DNA from: Alphaproteobacteria bacterium
GTDB taxonomy: Bacteria > Pseudomonadota > Alphaproteobacteria > UBA7887
Direction: 5' to 3'
Assembly: GCA_965216755.1 (NCBI GenBank)
Contig: CBDCGL010000011.1
Location: forward strand, 2,272,001 to 2,336,000
DNA length: 64,000 bases
Shown: in pieces, positions 1-8,818 of the stretch
How positions within the stretch are numbered: position 1 is the first letter of the stretch
Layout: each line of letters opens with the position of its first letter
Notes under the pieces: generated by a model
Databases searched by the model: none
The model's input: the letters and a program-made list of their open reading frames with translations, nothing else
What the model was told of the DNA's origin: nothing
Program-made: the position numbers and the translations under genes

Positions 1-956
1 AGCGTGCCCGTCCAAACCCGCACCAACGACAATTTGCCGCTTGACTGCGTGTGGTAGGTTTTCAGCACCTGGGCCGCGGTCTCAGACCGATCGGCCAGGC
101 TCACGCGCGCCGCGGCGACATCAGCTTCGGGCACGTCATGGCGCAGGGCCTTCATCAGTCGGCGAACACCGTTCTCATGCTCCGCCGCACCCAAGAACAC
201 CGGCACGATCAGCGATTCGCCAAAATCCTTGTGTAGCGACGCAAAGATTTCGTCGGTCGGCGGCACCACATCTTCGAGCAGCTGCTCAAGCAACGTATCG
301 TCGAAATCCGCCAACGCTTCGAGCATTTCCGTGCGGGCTTGTTGCTCGGAATCGGTCATCGATTCGGGAATTTGGATTAGCGAAGATGCCTGGTCGTCCT
401 TGTACTGATAGGCACGTTCGTGCACCAAATCGATGTAGCCCTCGACCGTATCGTCATTGATGATCGGCACCTGACGTAGCACCAGCGGCCGCTTGCTAAC
501 CCCCTGCAGTGCGGAAAGGAAATCCGGCACAGGTGACGTCGCTCGGTCCATTTTATTGACGAAAATCATGTGCGGGATATTGCGGTCATCAAGGAATCGC
601 AGCAGCGGCATCACGGCGACGGCGCGATCGGGTTCGGGTTCGCAAACGACGATGGCGGTATCGACGCCAACCATGGCATCGAGTGACTCTTGAAGGAATT
701 CGAGGGAACCGGGACAGTCCAGGATCGTGAAAGTTTCCCCCATATACTCGAAGCTCGCCGGCGACACCTCCACGCTCATTTGCCGGTTTCGCGCCTCCTG
801 TGACCCGTCGCCCACCGTATTGCGATCTTTGATCGTTCCCTTGCGCGATATGGCTCCGGCGGCAAACAACATGCTTTCCATCAAAGTGGTCTTGCCGCTG
901 GAATATGTTCCAACCAATGCGACGGTTCGTGCTCCTGACGGCGTCTTGCTCGGCAT
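1..956 (-). CDS. Elongation factor G-like GTPase (EF-G2 type), N-terminal part; runs off the window's left edge
   Basis: Manual translation from ATG at 956: MPSKTPSGARTVALVGTYSSGKTTLMES...RQMSVE...ILDCPGSLEF...IFVNKMDR...GAAEHENGVRRLMKALRH, giving G1/G3/G4 motifs of the EF-G family. GGGAGGGAG SD-like sequence upstream. Absent from the ORF track because it is partial. Confidence 0.9.
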   Translation of the reverse strand, partial: MPSKTPSGARTVALVGTYSSGKTTLMESMLFAAGAISRKGTIKDRNTVGDGSQEARNRQMSVEVSPASFEYMGETFTILDCPGSLEFLQESLDAMVGVDTAIVVCEPEPDRAVAVMPLLRFLDDRNIPHMIFVNKMDRATSPVPDFLSALQGVSKRPLVLRQVPIINDDTVEGYIDLVHERAYQYKDDQASSLIQIPESMTDSEQQARTEMLEALADFDDTLLEQLLEDVVPPTDEIFASLHKDFGESLIVPVFLGAAEHENGVRRLMKALRHDVPEADVAAARVSLADRSETAAQVLKTYHTQSSGKLSLVRVWTGT

Positions 957-1081
957 AATGGCCCCAGCTCCCTCCCAGTTGCGGGCGCCACGCCTGCGTT
1001 TGGCCATAACACCAAACCACGTTCGGCGGCATCCCGTTGTCATCGGTCCGTAATTGATTCCGGGGCCGTGCTCGAGAGGCA

Positions 1082-1158
1082 AGCAAAAGCGACGCCGGTC
1101 AGCCTCAGAACCTACAATATTTTCGAATGGCGTCGCCGGAGAAGCGCGCTAGCGACGC
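1082..1158 (-). promoter_or_regulatory. Possible attenuator (alternative stems followed by a U-tract)
   Basis: On the minus strand GCGTCGC (1158-1152) and GGCGTCGC (1096-1089, followed by TTTTGCTT) can each pair with GCGACGCC (1136-1129). Confidence 0.35.
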
Positions 1159-1241
1159 GCGGCCGGCACGCACACGACGAAAGCCAGCAGCCAGAGACTG
1201 ACCACACGCGACGGGCGCCGGCGAGACGAGCCGGCGCGCAT
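1149..1241 (-). CDS. Putative 30-aa leader peptide upstream of the EF-G-like gene
   Basis: MRAGSSRRRPSRVVSLWLLAFVVCVPAARR*; its 3' end overlaps one of three mutually exclusive pairing segments. Confidence 0.35.
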   Translation of the reverse strand: MRAGSSRRRPSRVVSLWLLAFVVCVPAARR

Positions 1242-1555
1242 CGTTACTTGGAGCCACTGCACGACGAGAAATTGACAATAACGCACTATCCTGGTCAGGA
1301 TCTTAGTTCGTGGCCGTAAAAGCACAATATCGACGCCGTTCGACATTTTCGGACGCAGGGCGCGTTTCCGGCCCAGGGGCGCCCAGCATGGAGTCGTCCG
1401 ATCCGATTTGGCCGCATTACCCCGCCATTTCGTGGCCCTGGACGATCAGGGCTTGGTGCAGGGAACACATAGCCCTACTCTATTCCGTGCCATGAATGTG
1501 GCTCAGGAATGGGCCGGAACAACCGGCTATAACGTTGGGAGGAGGAGCAAAACGG

Positions 1556-2194
1556 ATGAGGAAGGCTGTAGATCCGACAACATGGTGGAAGCGCCGGCTC
1601 GGTGCGGCCATCGTCACGTTGTTGGCGGCACCGGCCTTGGCGCTGATGACGGCACCTGCTGCCGCCGAAGACGCCTCGGCCGAGGATATCAAGGAAGGGT
1701 TTCGGGTATCACAGACCTGTGCAGGCTGTCACGGCCCGGCAGGCGCGGCGCCCGGAAATACCATTCCCGTCATCGGCGGACAACACGCGAAATATATCGG
1801 CGATGCACTGCGCGACTACCGTGCCGACAAGCGCGACTATTACGTGATGAACTACATCGCGAAAGCGTTTTCCGACGACCAGATCAATCAGATTTCGGCG
1901 TGGTTTGCGGCTCAAGATTGGGTGGCAACGGAAACCGCGCACAATGAGGCCAGCGCGAGCATGGCGGCGCCACGCGCCGAGCGCTTGTGCGCCCTGTGTC
2001 ACGGCCCAACCGGCGAAGGCACTGACATCGGGCCACGCATCGCGGGTCAGCCGGCGGCCTATTTGGCCAGCGCGTTGCAAGCGTACAAGGCCGGCAAACG
2101 CACCAGCGACACGGCCCTTGCGATGACGTTGGTGCAAAAGATCGCCGACGGCGAGCTCGACGCTCTCGCCCACTATTATTCCAGCTTGCGCTAG
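1556..2194 (+). CDS. fccA: Diheme c-type cytochrome (c4-like), flavocytochrome c cytochrome subunit
   Basis: Signal peptide, two CxxCH motifs (CAGCH, CALCH), GGAGGAG SD, directly upstream of fccB. Confidence 0.85.
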   Translation: MRKAVDPTTWWKRRLGAAIVTLLAAPALALMTAPAAAEDASAEDIKEGFRVSQTCAGCHGPAGAAPGNTIPVIGGQHAKYIGDALRDYRADKRDYYVMNYIAKAFSDDQINQISAWFAAQDWVATETAHNEASASMAAPRAERLCALCHGPTGEGTDIGPRIAGQPAAYLASALQAYKAGKRTSDTALAMTLVQKIADGELDALAHYYSSLR

Positions 2195-2203
2195 GAGGCG
2201 ACG

Positions 2204-3499
2204 ATGAGATTTGATCGCAGAACACTGCTCAAATACGGCGCCGCCGGTGTCGGCGCACTGGCAACGTCGCAACTGCCGCTGCCAGCCCTGGCGGCGGGTG
2301 AAATTATGCCGAAATCGGGCCCACGGGTGGTTGTCGTGGGTGGCGGTTGGGGCGGCGCCACGGCCGCCAAATATTTGCGGCTGATGGCCCCGTCGATCGA
2401 AGTCGTCATGATTGAAAAGGAAGATGCATTTCGATCATGCCCGGTCAGCAATTGGGTGATCGGTGGTCTCAGGACCATGGACGACATCACGGTCGCCTAC
2501 GACACCTTGGCCAACGTCCACGGTGTCAAGGTCGTCCAGGACACGGTGACCGGCATCGATCCCGCCGCCCAAACCGTCACCGTCAGTGAAGGCTCCATCG
2601 CCTATGATCGCCTGATCCTTTCGCCGGGTATCACGCTGATTTACGACGGTATCGAAGGCTTGACCGCGGAAACCGCGCGTGACGTGTTCCCCGCCGCCTG
2701 GAAAGCGGGCCCGGAGACCCAGCGCCTGCGCAATCAGTTGGCCGCCATGGAAGATGGCGGCACCGTGGTCATGACCGTACCGCTGAGCCCCTATCGCTGC
2801 CCACCGGGGCCCTATGAACGCGCGTGCATGATCGCCAATTACCTGAAAACACACAAAAGATCGTCCAAGCTGATCGTTCTCGACGCAAATCAGAAAATCG
2901 TCTCAAAAGGCAAGCTTTTCCAAGCGGCCTGGGACGATTTCTACAGCGACACCATCGAATATTGGCCAGACAGCAAGGTGGTAAAAGCCGACCCGTCGAC
3001 CATGACCGTGTCGACCGATTTCGACGACATTAAGGGCGACGTCATCAATATTGTGCCCGAGCAACGGGCCAATGATTTGGTTGACGCCGCCGCGCTACGC
3101 GCCCAGGGCCGGCGCTGGGTTGCGGTTAATCCATGGGACTATCAATCGACCGAGCAACCCAACATTCACGTGATCGGCGACGCCACCGATCAAACAACTG
3201 TCGGCAAAGTGCCGAAATCCGGCTTCATTGCCAATTCAATGGGCAAAGTCGCCGCGGCCGCCGTGGCCGCGCGCATCGAGGGCCGCGAACCGAGCCGGCC
3301 GAGCATGGCCAACACCTGCTACAGCCTGGTGAGTGCCGATGAGGGCATTTCCGTCACTGCCGTCTATGACTGGAACGAAGAGGAATCGAAAATGGCGGCC
3401 ATCGAAGGTGCCAAGGGCTTGTCACCGGAGCGTTCGGCCGAGGTCGCCGCCAACGCCGAAGACTGGGCCCAAGCGATTTGGGCTGACATGCTCGGTTAA
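2204..3499 (+). CDS. fccB: Flavocytochrome c sulfide dehydrogenase flavoprotein subunit (FCSD/SoxF family)
   Basis: Tat signal (DRRTLLK), VVVGGGWGGATAA FAD motif, SCPVSN, YRCPPGPYERAC, NTCYS. Confidence 0.92.
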   Translation: MRFDRRTLLKYGAAGVGALATSQLPLPALAAGEIMPKSGPRVVVVGGGWGGATAAKYLRLMAPSIEVVMIEKEDAFRSCPVSNWVIGGLRTMDDITVAYDTLANVHGVKVVQDTVTGIDPAAQTVTVSEGSIAYDRLILSPGITLIYDGIEGLTAETARDVFPAAWKAGPETQRLRNQLAAMEDGGTVVMTVPLSPYRCPPGPYERACMIANYLKTHKRSSKLIVLDANQKIVSKGKLFQAAWDDFYSDTIEYWPDSKVVKADPSTMTVSTDFDDIKGDVINIVPEQRANDLVDAAALRAQGRRWVAVNPWDYQSTEQPNIHVIGDATDQTTVGKVPKSGFIANSMGKVAAAAVAARIEGREPSRPSMANTCYSLVSADEGISVTAVYDWNEEESKMAAIEGAKGLSPERSAEVAANAEDWAQAIWADMLG

Positions 3500-3532
3500 G
3501 GCGTTGCTCGTGGCATCACTTGGCCCGTCGCG

Positions 3533-4645
3533 CTATGGGGCGGGGCGGCAGTAACGCCGCCCCTTCCAGTTTGATCGTACGCCGCGCCAATAGCGCCACG
3601 CCGAGGTCCAGGTCATGGCCAGATAGAGTGTTCCGATAAGCGGCAACGTCGCCGCCCAAAACGGCGATTGCCGGTAGTAACGGAGGGTCGGCAGATAACT
3701 GATGGCCATCGCCGCGCATGCCAGAACAGCCAGCTCGGCCGGCCCGGTCAACAGTGCCGCAACCGGGATGACGAAGGCGATCGCCATCAGCACGGTGCAA
3801 AGCATCAACAGCCCTAGCGAGTAGCCAAGTTGAGTGAACGCCGTGCGCGCCACCATGTTCCAGATCGCGGCCAACTCCCGATAGCCACGATGACTGCGCG
3901 CGGCATGGCTCAGCCCGATCCAGGTACGCCCGCCGCGCGCCTTGACTTTGCGCGCCAGCGCACAATCGTCGATCAGGGCGTCGCGCAAAGACGTGAACGC
4001 GTCGACTGACCGCAACATATCGGTGCGCACCAAAATGCAGCCGCCGGCCGCGGCCGCAGGCCAGCGCAGCCGACTGTTGGCCAAGGCAAAGGGATAGAGC
4101 AATCTGAAAAAATAAACGAACGCCGGCATTAACAAACGTTCCCAGAATGTGACCATGCGCAGCGCTGCCATCAGCGACACAAGGTCCCATTCGCCGTCGA
4201 CAAGTTTGCGGCGAAGGGCGACAAGGGTCCCCCGTGTGAGTGCGATATCAGCATCGAGCAACAGCACCAACGGCGTGTGAACGTCCGCCAACCCCTGTTG
4301 CAAGGCCCACAGTTTGCCACTCCACTCGTCGGGCGGCGCCACACCGGCACGAATTGAGACCCCGGGCAATTCGAGGCCGCGCACCATATCCGCCGTGCCA
4401 TCGTCTGACTGGTCGTCGATGACCACAATGCGCAGGCCGTCGCCTTGATTGGCAAGCGCGCGAAGCGTCGTATCGATGGTATCGGCTTCGTTGCGCGCCG
4501 GAATCAATACCGTGACATCGTCTAGAGCCGCCTTTGCGGTATCGGCCGCCGCAACGTCGAAACGCTCGCGGGTTCGCCATGGTTGCCACGGCAACAACAA
4601 TATAATCAGCCACAATGCCGCACTAAGCCAAGCCAACGGAGTCAC
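3533..4645 (-). CDS. hpnB: GT2 glycosyltransferase, hopanoid-associated HpnB-like
   Basis: LIPARNEA, DDQSDDGT, WSGKLWAL, LLLDADI, LIDDCALA, IWNMVARTAFTQL, WKGR. Confidence 0.8.
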   Translation of the reverse strand: MTPLAWLSAALWLIILLLPWQPWRTRERFDVAAADTAKAALDDVTVLIPARNEADTIDTTLRALANQGDGLRIVVIDDQSDDGTADMVRGLELPGVSIRAGVAPPDEWSGKLWALQQGLADVHTPLVLLLDADIALTRGTLVALRRKLVDGEWDLVSLMAALRMVTFWERLLMPAFVYFFRLLYPFALANSRLRWPAAAAGGCILVRTDMLRSVDAFTSLRDALIDDCALARKVKARGGRTWIGLSHAARSHRGYRELAAIWNMVARTAFTQLGYSLGLLMLCTVLMAIAFVIPVAALLTGPAELAVLACAAMAISYLPTLRYYRQSPFWAATLPLIGTLYLAMTWTSAWRYWRGVRSNWKGRRYCRPAP

Positions 4646-4687
4646 GACCTGATCGCGGCCCCGCGGCGACCACCATCGATGCGCCGA

Positions 4688-5653
4688 TCATCTTGGCGGC
4701 GCCAGCTCATAAAGCGGCGGGTCTCCGTTCGCCACCCGCTCGACATTCTCCAACGAGATGCGGAAATTCCGTGTCTTCGACTGGCGCGTCTGCCCACCAA
4801 TATGCGGCGTCAGAATAACCCGCCCGCGCGCGGCGTCCGATAGTGACAAGAACGGATGATACGCGCTCAAGGGCTCGTCGGCGAACACGTCGAAGCCGGC
4901 ACCCGCCAGCTGTCCGGCCGAAAGCGCATCGGCGACCGCCTGCTCATCGACAATGCCGCCGCGCCCTGCGTTAATAAGTATGGCATCCTTTTTCATCAAG
5001 CCAATGTGGCGCGCGTCGATCAGACCTTTGGTCTTCGCTGTCAAAGGCAGGCAGACCGCAACGATGTCCGATGTCTCGCACAATCGATCCAGATCCATGG
5101 CGGCGACGACGTCGTCTTGCTGATCGCGATGAGCGGCGCGGACAACCTCTAAGCCCAAGCCACGAAACAGCCTTGCCGTGTCGCGTCCGATATTGCCGAA
5201 CCCGACCACGCCGACCTGCCCCTCAAGTTCCTGGCCGGCGACGTTGGCCCGACGACCAGCCGCCCAAGCCGCCGCACCGCCGGTGCTCAGCACGGGCAGC
5301 GGTCGGCGCAACCGGAATGCCAGCTGCACGATCAATTGGGCCACCGACGGCGCGTTCAGTCCGGGAAGATAGGCCACCGGAATGCCGCGCGCGGCACATG
5401 CCGCCCGGTCGACATTGTCGAAGCCGGCGCCGGTGAGCTGGACCAAGCGCGTTGTTGGCGCCAAATCCAGCAGCGCCGTATCGACACGTCCGAAGCCGGA
5501 CGCCGTGATAATGAACGCGGCGCCCGCGCATGCGGCCTCGGCCTCAGCCCGCACGGCGGCTTGCCCAAAATACAGCTCATAGCCCGGCGGCGGCGCCAGG
5601 CCGGTGGCACGGAAGTCGGCCTCAGGCCACAAGAACGCAACTTTGCGAGTCAT
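4688..5653 (-). CDS. D-isomer-specific 2-hydroxyacid dehydrogenase
   Basis: VGVVGFGNIG, LINAGRGGIVDE, DVFADEP, TPHIGG; start taken at MTRKVAF. Confidence 0.88.
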   Translation of the reverse strand: MTRKVAFLWPEADFRATGLAPPPGYELYFGQAAVRAEAEAACAGAAFIITASGFGRVDTALLDLAPTTRLVQLTGAGFDNVDRAACAARGIPVAYLPGLNAPSVAQLIVQLAFRLRRPLPVLSTGGAAAWAAGRRANVAGQELEGQVGVVGFGNIGRDTARLFRGLGLEVVRAAHRDQQDDVVAAMDLDRLCETSDIVAVCLPLTAKTKGLIDARHIGLMKKDAILINAGRGGIVDEQAVADALSAGQLAGAGFDVFADEPLSAYHPFLSLSDAARGRVILTPHIGGQTRQSKTRNFRISLENVERVANGDPPLYELAPPR

Positions 5654-5771
5654 CGGCGAAAAATATCGCAGGCTGTCATGCATAGCTAGCACACGCGCCG
5701 CGTGGACTCCGGCCCGCTCGGCAGCGTAAAGTGCGCCGCGATTCGAAACAGCGCAGAACCGCGGCGGAACG

Positions 5772-6218
5772 ATGACCCATATCCTGTTGATCCAAGGCGC
5801 CAATATGACTTGGCTTGGCCGGCGCGAGCCGGAACATTACGGCACCACCACCGCCGCCGAACTTGATGAAATGGTCCGCGACCATGCGCAGCGTCACAGC
5901 TACCAGCTCGATATCTTCTACACACATGTCGAAGGCGAAGCGATCGCGACCATATACGATGCCGTCGACAAAGGGATCGACGGGTTGGTGATGAACCCGG
6001 CTGGGTTCTCGATGAACGGCAAGGCCTTGCATGATTGTATTCTCGGTTGCGCGCCGTTGCCTTATGTCGAGGTGCACATGAGCAATCTTGCCAAGCGCGG
6101 CAAAGAGTCGGTGCTGGCCGATGTCGCGCGTGGCGTGGTCATGGGGTTTGGCACGGATTCCTATTTGCTGGCGCTCGATGCCATGCTTGAAATCCTGAAA
6201 CGGCAAGGCGAGCCATGA
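5772..6218 (+). CDS. aroQ: Type II 3-dehydroquinate dehydratase-like protein (divergent)
   Basis: LGRREPEHYG, MNPAGF, VEVHMSN, GFGTDSYLLAL; several canonical residues are changed. Confidence 0.75.
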   Translation: MTHILLIQGANMTWLGRREPEHYGTTTAAELDEMVRDHAQRHSYQLDIFYTHVEGEAIATIYDAVDKGIDGLVMNPAGFSMNGKALHDCILGCAPLPYVEVHMSNLAKRGKESVLADVARGVVMGFGTDSYLLALDAMLEILKRQGEP

Positions 6219-7309
6219 CAACACTTAAGGTCCAGCCGGGCATCCTTGACATTGCACCCTACATCCCGGGACGTGCCGAAGCCGACGGTGGCAAGCGGCT
6301 GATCAAATTGTCGTCGAATGAAACGCCCCTCGGCTGCAGCCGCGCCGCGATCGAGGCCTATAAAGGCCTGGCCGACCATCTACACCTTTATCCGGATGGC
6401 AGCGCGAACGCTTTGCGCCATGCAATTGGTCACCGCAACGGTTTGGACCCCGATCGGATCTTGTGCGGCAACGGCTCTGACGAACTGTTGATGCTCATGG
6501 CCCATGCCTTCGCCGGCCCCGGCGATGACGTGCTGATGACCGAACACGCCTTCGCCATGTACGTCATTTCCGCGAAAGCGGTCGGCGCGACCCCGATCGT
6601 GACGAAAGAAACAAGACTGACCGCCAATGTCGATGCATTGTTGGCAGCCGCCGGGCCAAACACGCGGATCTGCTATATCGCCAATCCCAACAACCCGACC
6701 GGGTCCTACATTGCCGACGACGAGATGGCGCGCCTGCGCGCCGGTTTGCCCGATCACACGCTATTGGTCATCGATTCGGCTTATGCCGAATACATCACGC
6801 GCAACGACTGTGCCGACGGCCGTGCGCTCGTCGACAGCCACGACAATGTGGTCATGACCCGCACATTTTCGAAGATTTACGGATTATCCGCACTACGTGT
6901 CGGTTGGATGTATGCGCCGGCGCCGATCATCGATGTGCTGCAACGCATTCGCGGCCCGTTCAACGTTAATGCCGCGGCGCAAGTCGCGGCGGTCGCCGCC
7001 CTCGACGATGTCGCGTTCGTCGATCGCGCGCGCGCCCACAACGCCGAATGGCTGCCCTGGCTGGAACGAGAAATCGCGCGGCTCGGCCTGACAGTGCACC
7101 CGAGCGCGGCCAATTTCGTGCTGGTCGAGTTTCCGCGCACCGACTCCTCGTCGGCAGCGACGGCCTATGATCAATTGCTGCGGCGGGGCATCATTCCGCG
7201 CCGTCTCGATAATTACGGCCTGCCGGACTGTCTCCGTTTCTCGATTGGTTTGGCCGATGAAAATCGATTCGTCGTCGATGCGCTAAAAGAAATCGTCGAA
7301 AATCGATAG
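6215..7309 (+). CDS. hisC: Histidinol-phosphate aminotransferase
   Basis: KLSSNETP, ANPNNPTG, IDSAYAEY, TRTFSKIYGLSALRVG (PLP lysine). Confidence 0.92.
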   Translation: MTTLKVQPGILDIAPYIPGRAEADGGKRLIKLSSNETPLGCSRAAIEAYKGLADHLHLYPDGSANALRHAIGHRNGLDPDRILCGNGSDELLMLMAHAFAGPGDDVLMTEHAFAMYVISAKAVGATPIVTKETRLTANVDALLAAAGPNTRICYIANPNNPTGSYIADDEMARLRAGLPDHTLLVIDSAYAEYITRNDCADGRALVDSHDNVVMTRTFSKIYGLSALRVGWMYAPAPIIDVLQRIRGPFNVNAAAQVAAVAALDDVAFVDRARAHNAEWLPWLEREIARLGLTVHPSAANFVLVEFPRTDSSSAATAYDQLLRRGIIPRRLDNYGLPDCLRFSIGLADENRFVVDALKEIVENR

Positions 7310-7315
7310 CGTAGC

Positions 7316-8812
7316 CTAAGTCACCGCTCGGCCGACGGTCCGGCAATCCGATGGCAAGTTTGCAAGCGCGTCGAAATCCGGTGTCGGACGGGCCAGGACC
7401 GGATCGTCGGCGAAAATCTGCTCGATGGCCTGCGCCCCGGAAAGAAGCGCATGATCCCCGAACATGCGGCCGACAATTTGGATGCCAAACGGCGTCCCGT
7501 TTTCGTCGCGGCCGCACGGCAGCGTAACAACCGGGTGGCCAACCACCGTCAGCGATGACGTCAACGCCAGCCACGCCATGTAGTTTTCGACCGGCTGTCC
7601 ATCTATGGATGGCGGGTTGCGGTGCCGCCATGGGAATGGCGGAATGCTGACGCCCGGACAGATCAACAGGTCGTAATCGTCGAATATACCGGCAAACGCT
7701 TGGAAAAGATCCATCTGCCGCCGCCGCGCGACCGCGATGTCTCTCATTGGGGTCGCGAGCGCCGACTTATAAGTGGCGCGGATATTCGGATTGAAGTCCG
7801 CGTCCCAACTTTCGGCGTCACGGTAATATTGGCTGACAAAGACGTCCTGGCGCAAAAGCCAATCCACTTCCGGCGCGTCGCGCAGGTCGATGGGATGCCA
7901 ATCACACGCCGCGAAAAGGCCGCTCATTCGGGCCACACGATCCGCGAAACAGCGGCGAATTGATTGCGATACCAACACGCCACCAAGGTCGGCGCTAACC
8001 GCCACCCGCAGGCGGCTTAAATCAACCGGTTGCAGCCGCGCGAACGCCGCCACATCAAGCGGAAAGGCCATCGGATCGCGGTGGCCGCCGTCGCCACGGC
8101 TAGCGATGACCGACAGCAACAACCCCGCATCCGCGACCGTGCGCGCCATGGGGCCTTGGACACTGTAAAAGGTTTGCGGCGTCGTGCGGTGTTCGTTCGG
8201 CACCACGCCGGGTGTTGCGCGGTAGCCAACCACGCCGCTGTAGCACGCTGGAATGCGCAGACTGCCGCCGTGATCGGACCCGGTCGCCAAAGGCGCCATG
8301 TGGGTCGCCAAGGCCACCGCCGAGCCGCCCGATGAACCACCACATGTCAGCGCAACATCGAACGGGTTGCCGGTGGCACCGAACAACCGATTGACGGTGT
8401 TGGCGCCGATGCTGTGCTCCGGTACGTTGGTTTTGCCGATAACAATCGCGCCCGCGCGGCGGATCCGGGCGACGATGCCGGCATCCCGGCTCGGCACGTT
8501 TTGCGCGAATTCGGTGGCGCCGAAGGTTGTCCTAAGGCCGGCGGTTTCGTGAATATCCTTGATCGCAACCGGTATGCCGTGCAGTGGCCCGAGGTCTGCG
8601 CCACACGCGACGTCGGCTTCGGCCGCCGCGGCCTGGTCCAGCGCCTGCCGATCGTCTCTCACAACCATGGCATTGACCGCCGGATCGACGCGATCGATTT
8701 GGGCGAGACAGGCGTTCACCAATGCCACCGGCGAAATAGCGCCGCTCCGGATCAGGCGCGCCGCCTCTATGGCGCTGAGGCCAGCAAGGTCCAAAACTTC
8801 ATCTCGCGCCAA
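7316..8812 (-). CDS. Amidase-signature family protein
   Basis: VAIKD, GGSSGGS, GSDHGGSLRIP. Confidence 0.92.
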   Translation of the reverse strand: MARDEVLDLAGLSAIEAARLIRSGAISPVALVNACLAQIDRVDPAVNAMVVRDDRQALDQAAAAEADVACGADLGPLHGIPVAIKDIHETAGLRTTFGATEFAQNVPSRDAGIVARIRRAGAIVIGKTNVPEHSIGANTVNRLFGATGNPFDVALTCGGSSGGSAVALATHMAPLATGSDHGGSLRIPACYSGVVGYRATPGVVPNEHRTTPQTFYSVQGPMARTVADAGLLLSVIASRGDGGHRDPMAFPLDVAAFARLQPVDLSRLRVAVSADLGGVLVSQSIRRCFADRVARMSGLFAACDWHPIDLRDAPEVDWLLRQDVFVSQYYRDAESWDADFNPNIRATYKSALATPMRDIAVARRRQMDLFQAFAGIFDDYDLLICPGVSIPPFPWRHRNPPSIDGQPVENYMAWLALTSSLTVVGHPVVTLPCGRDENGTPFGIQIVGRMFGDHALLSGAQAIEQIFADDPVLARPTPDFDALANLPSDCRTVGRAVT

Positions 8813-8818
8813 TTGTGT

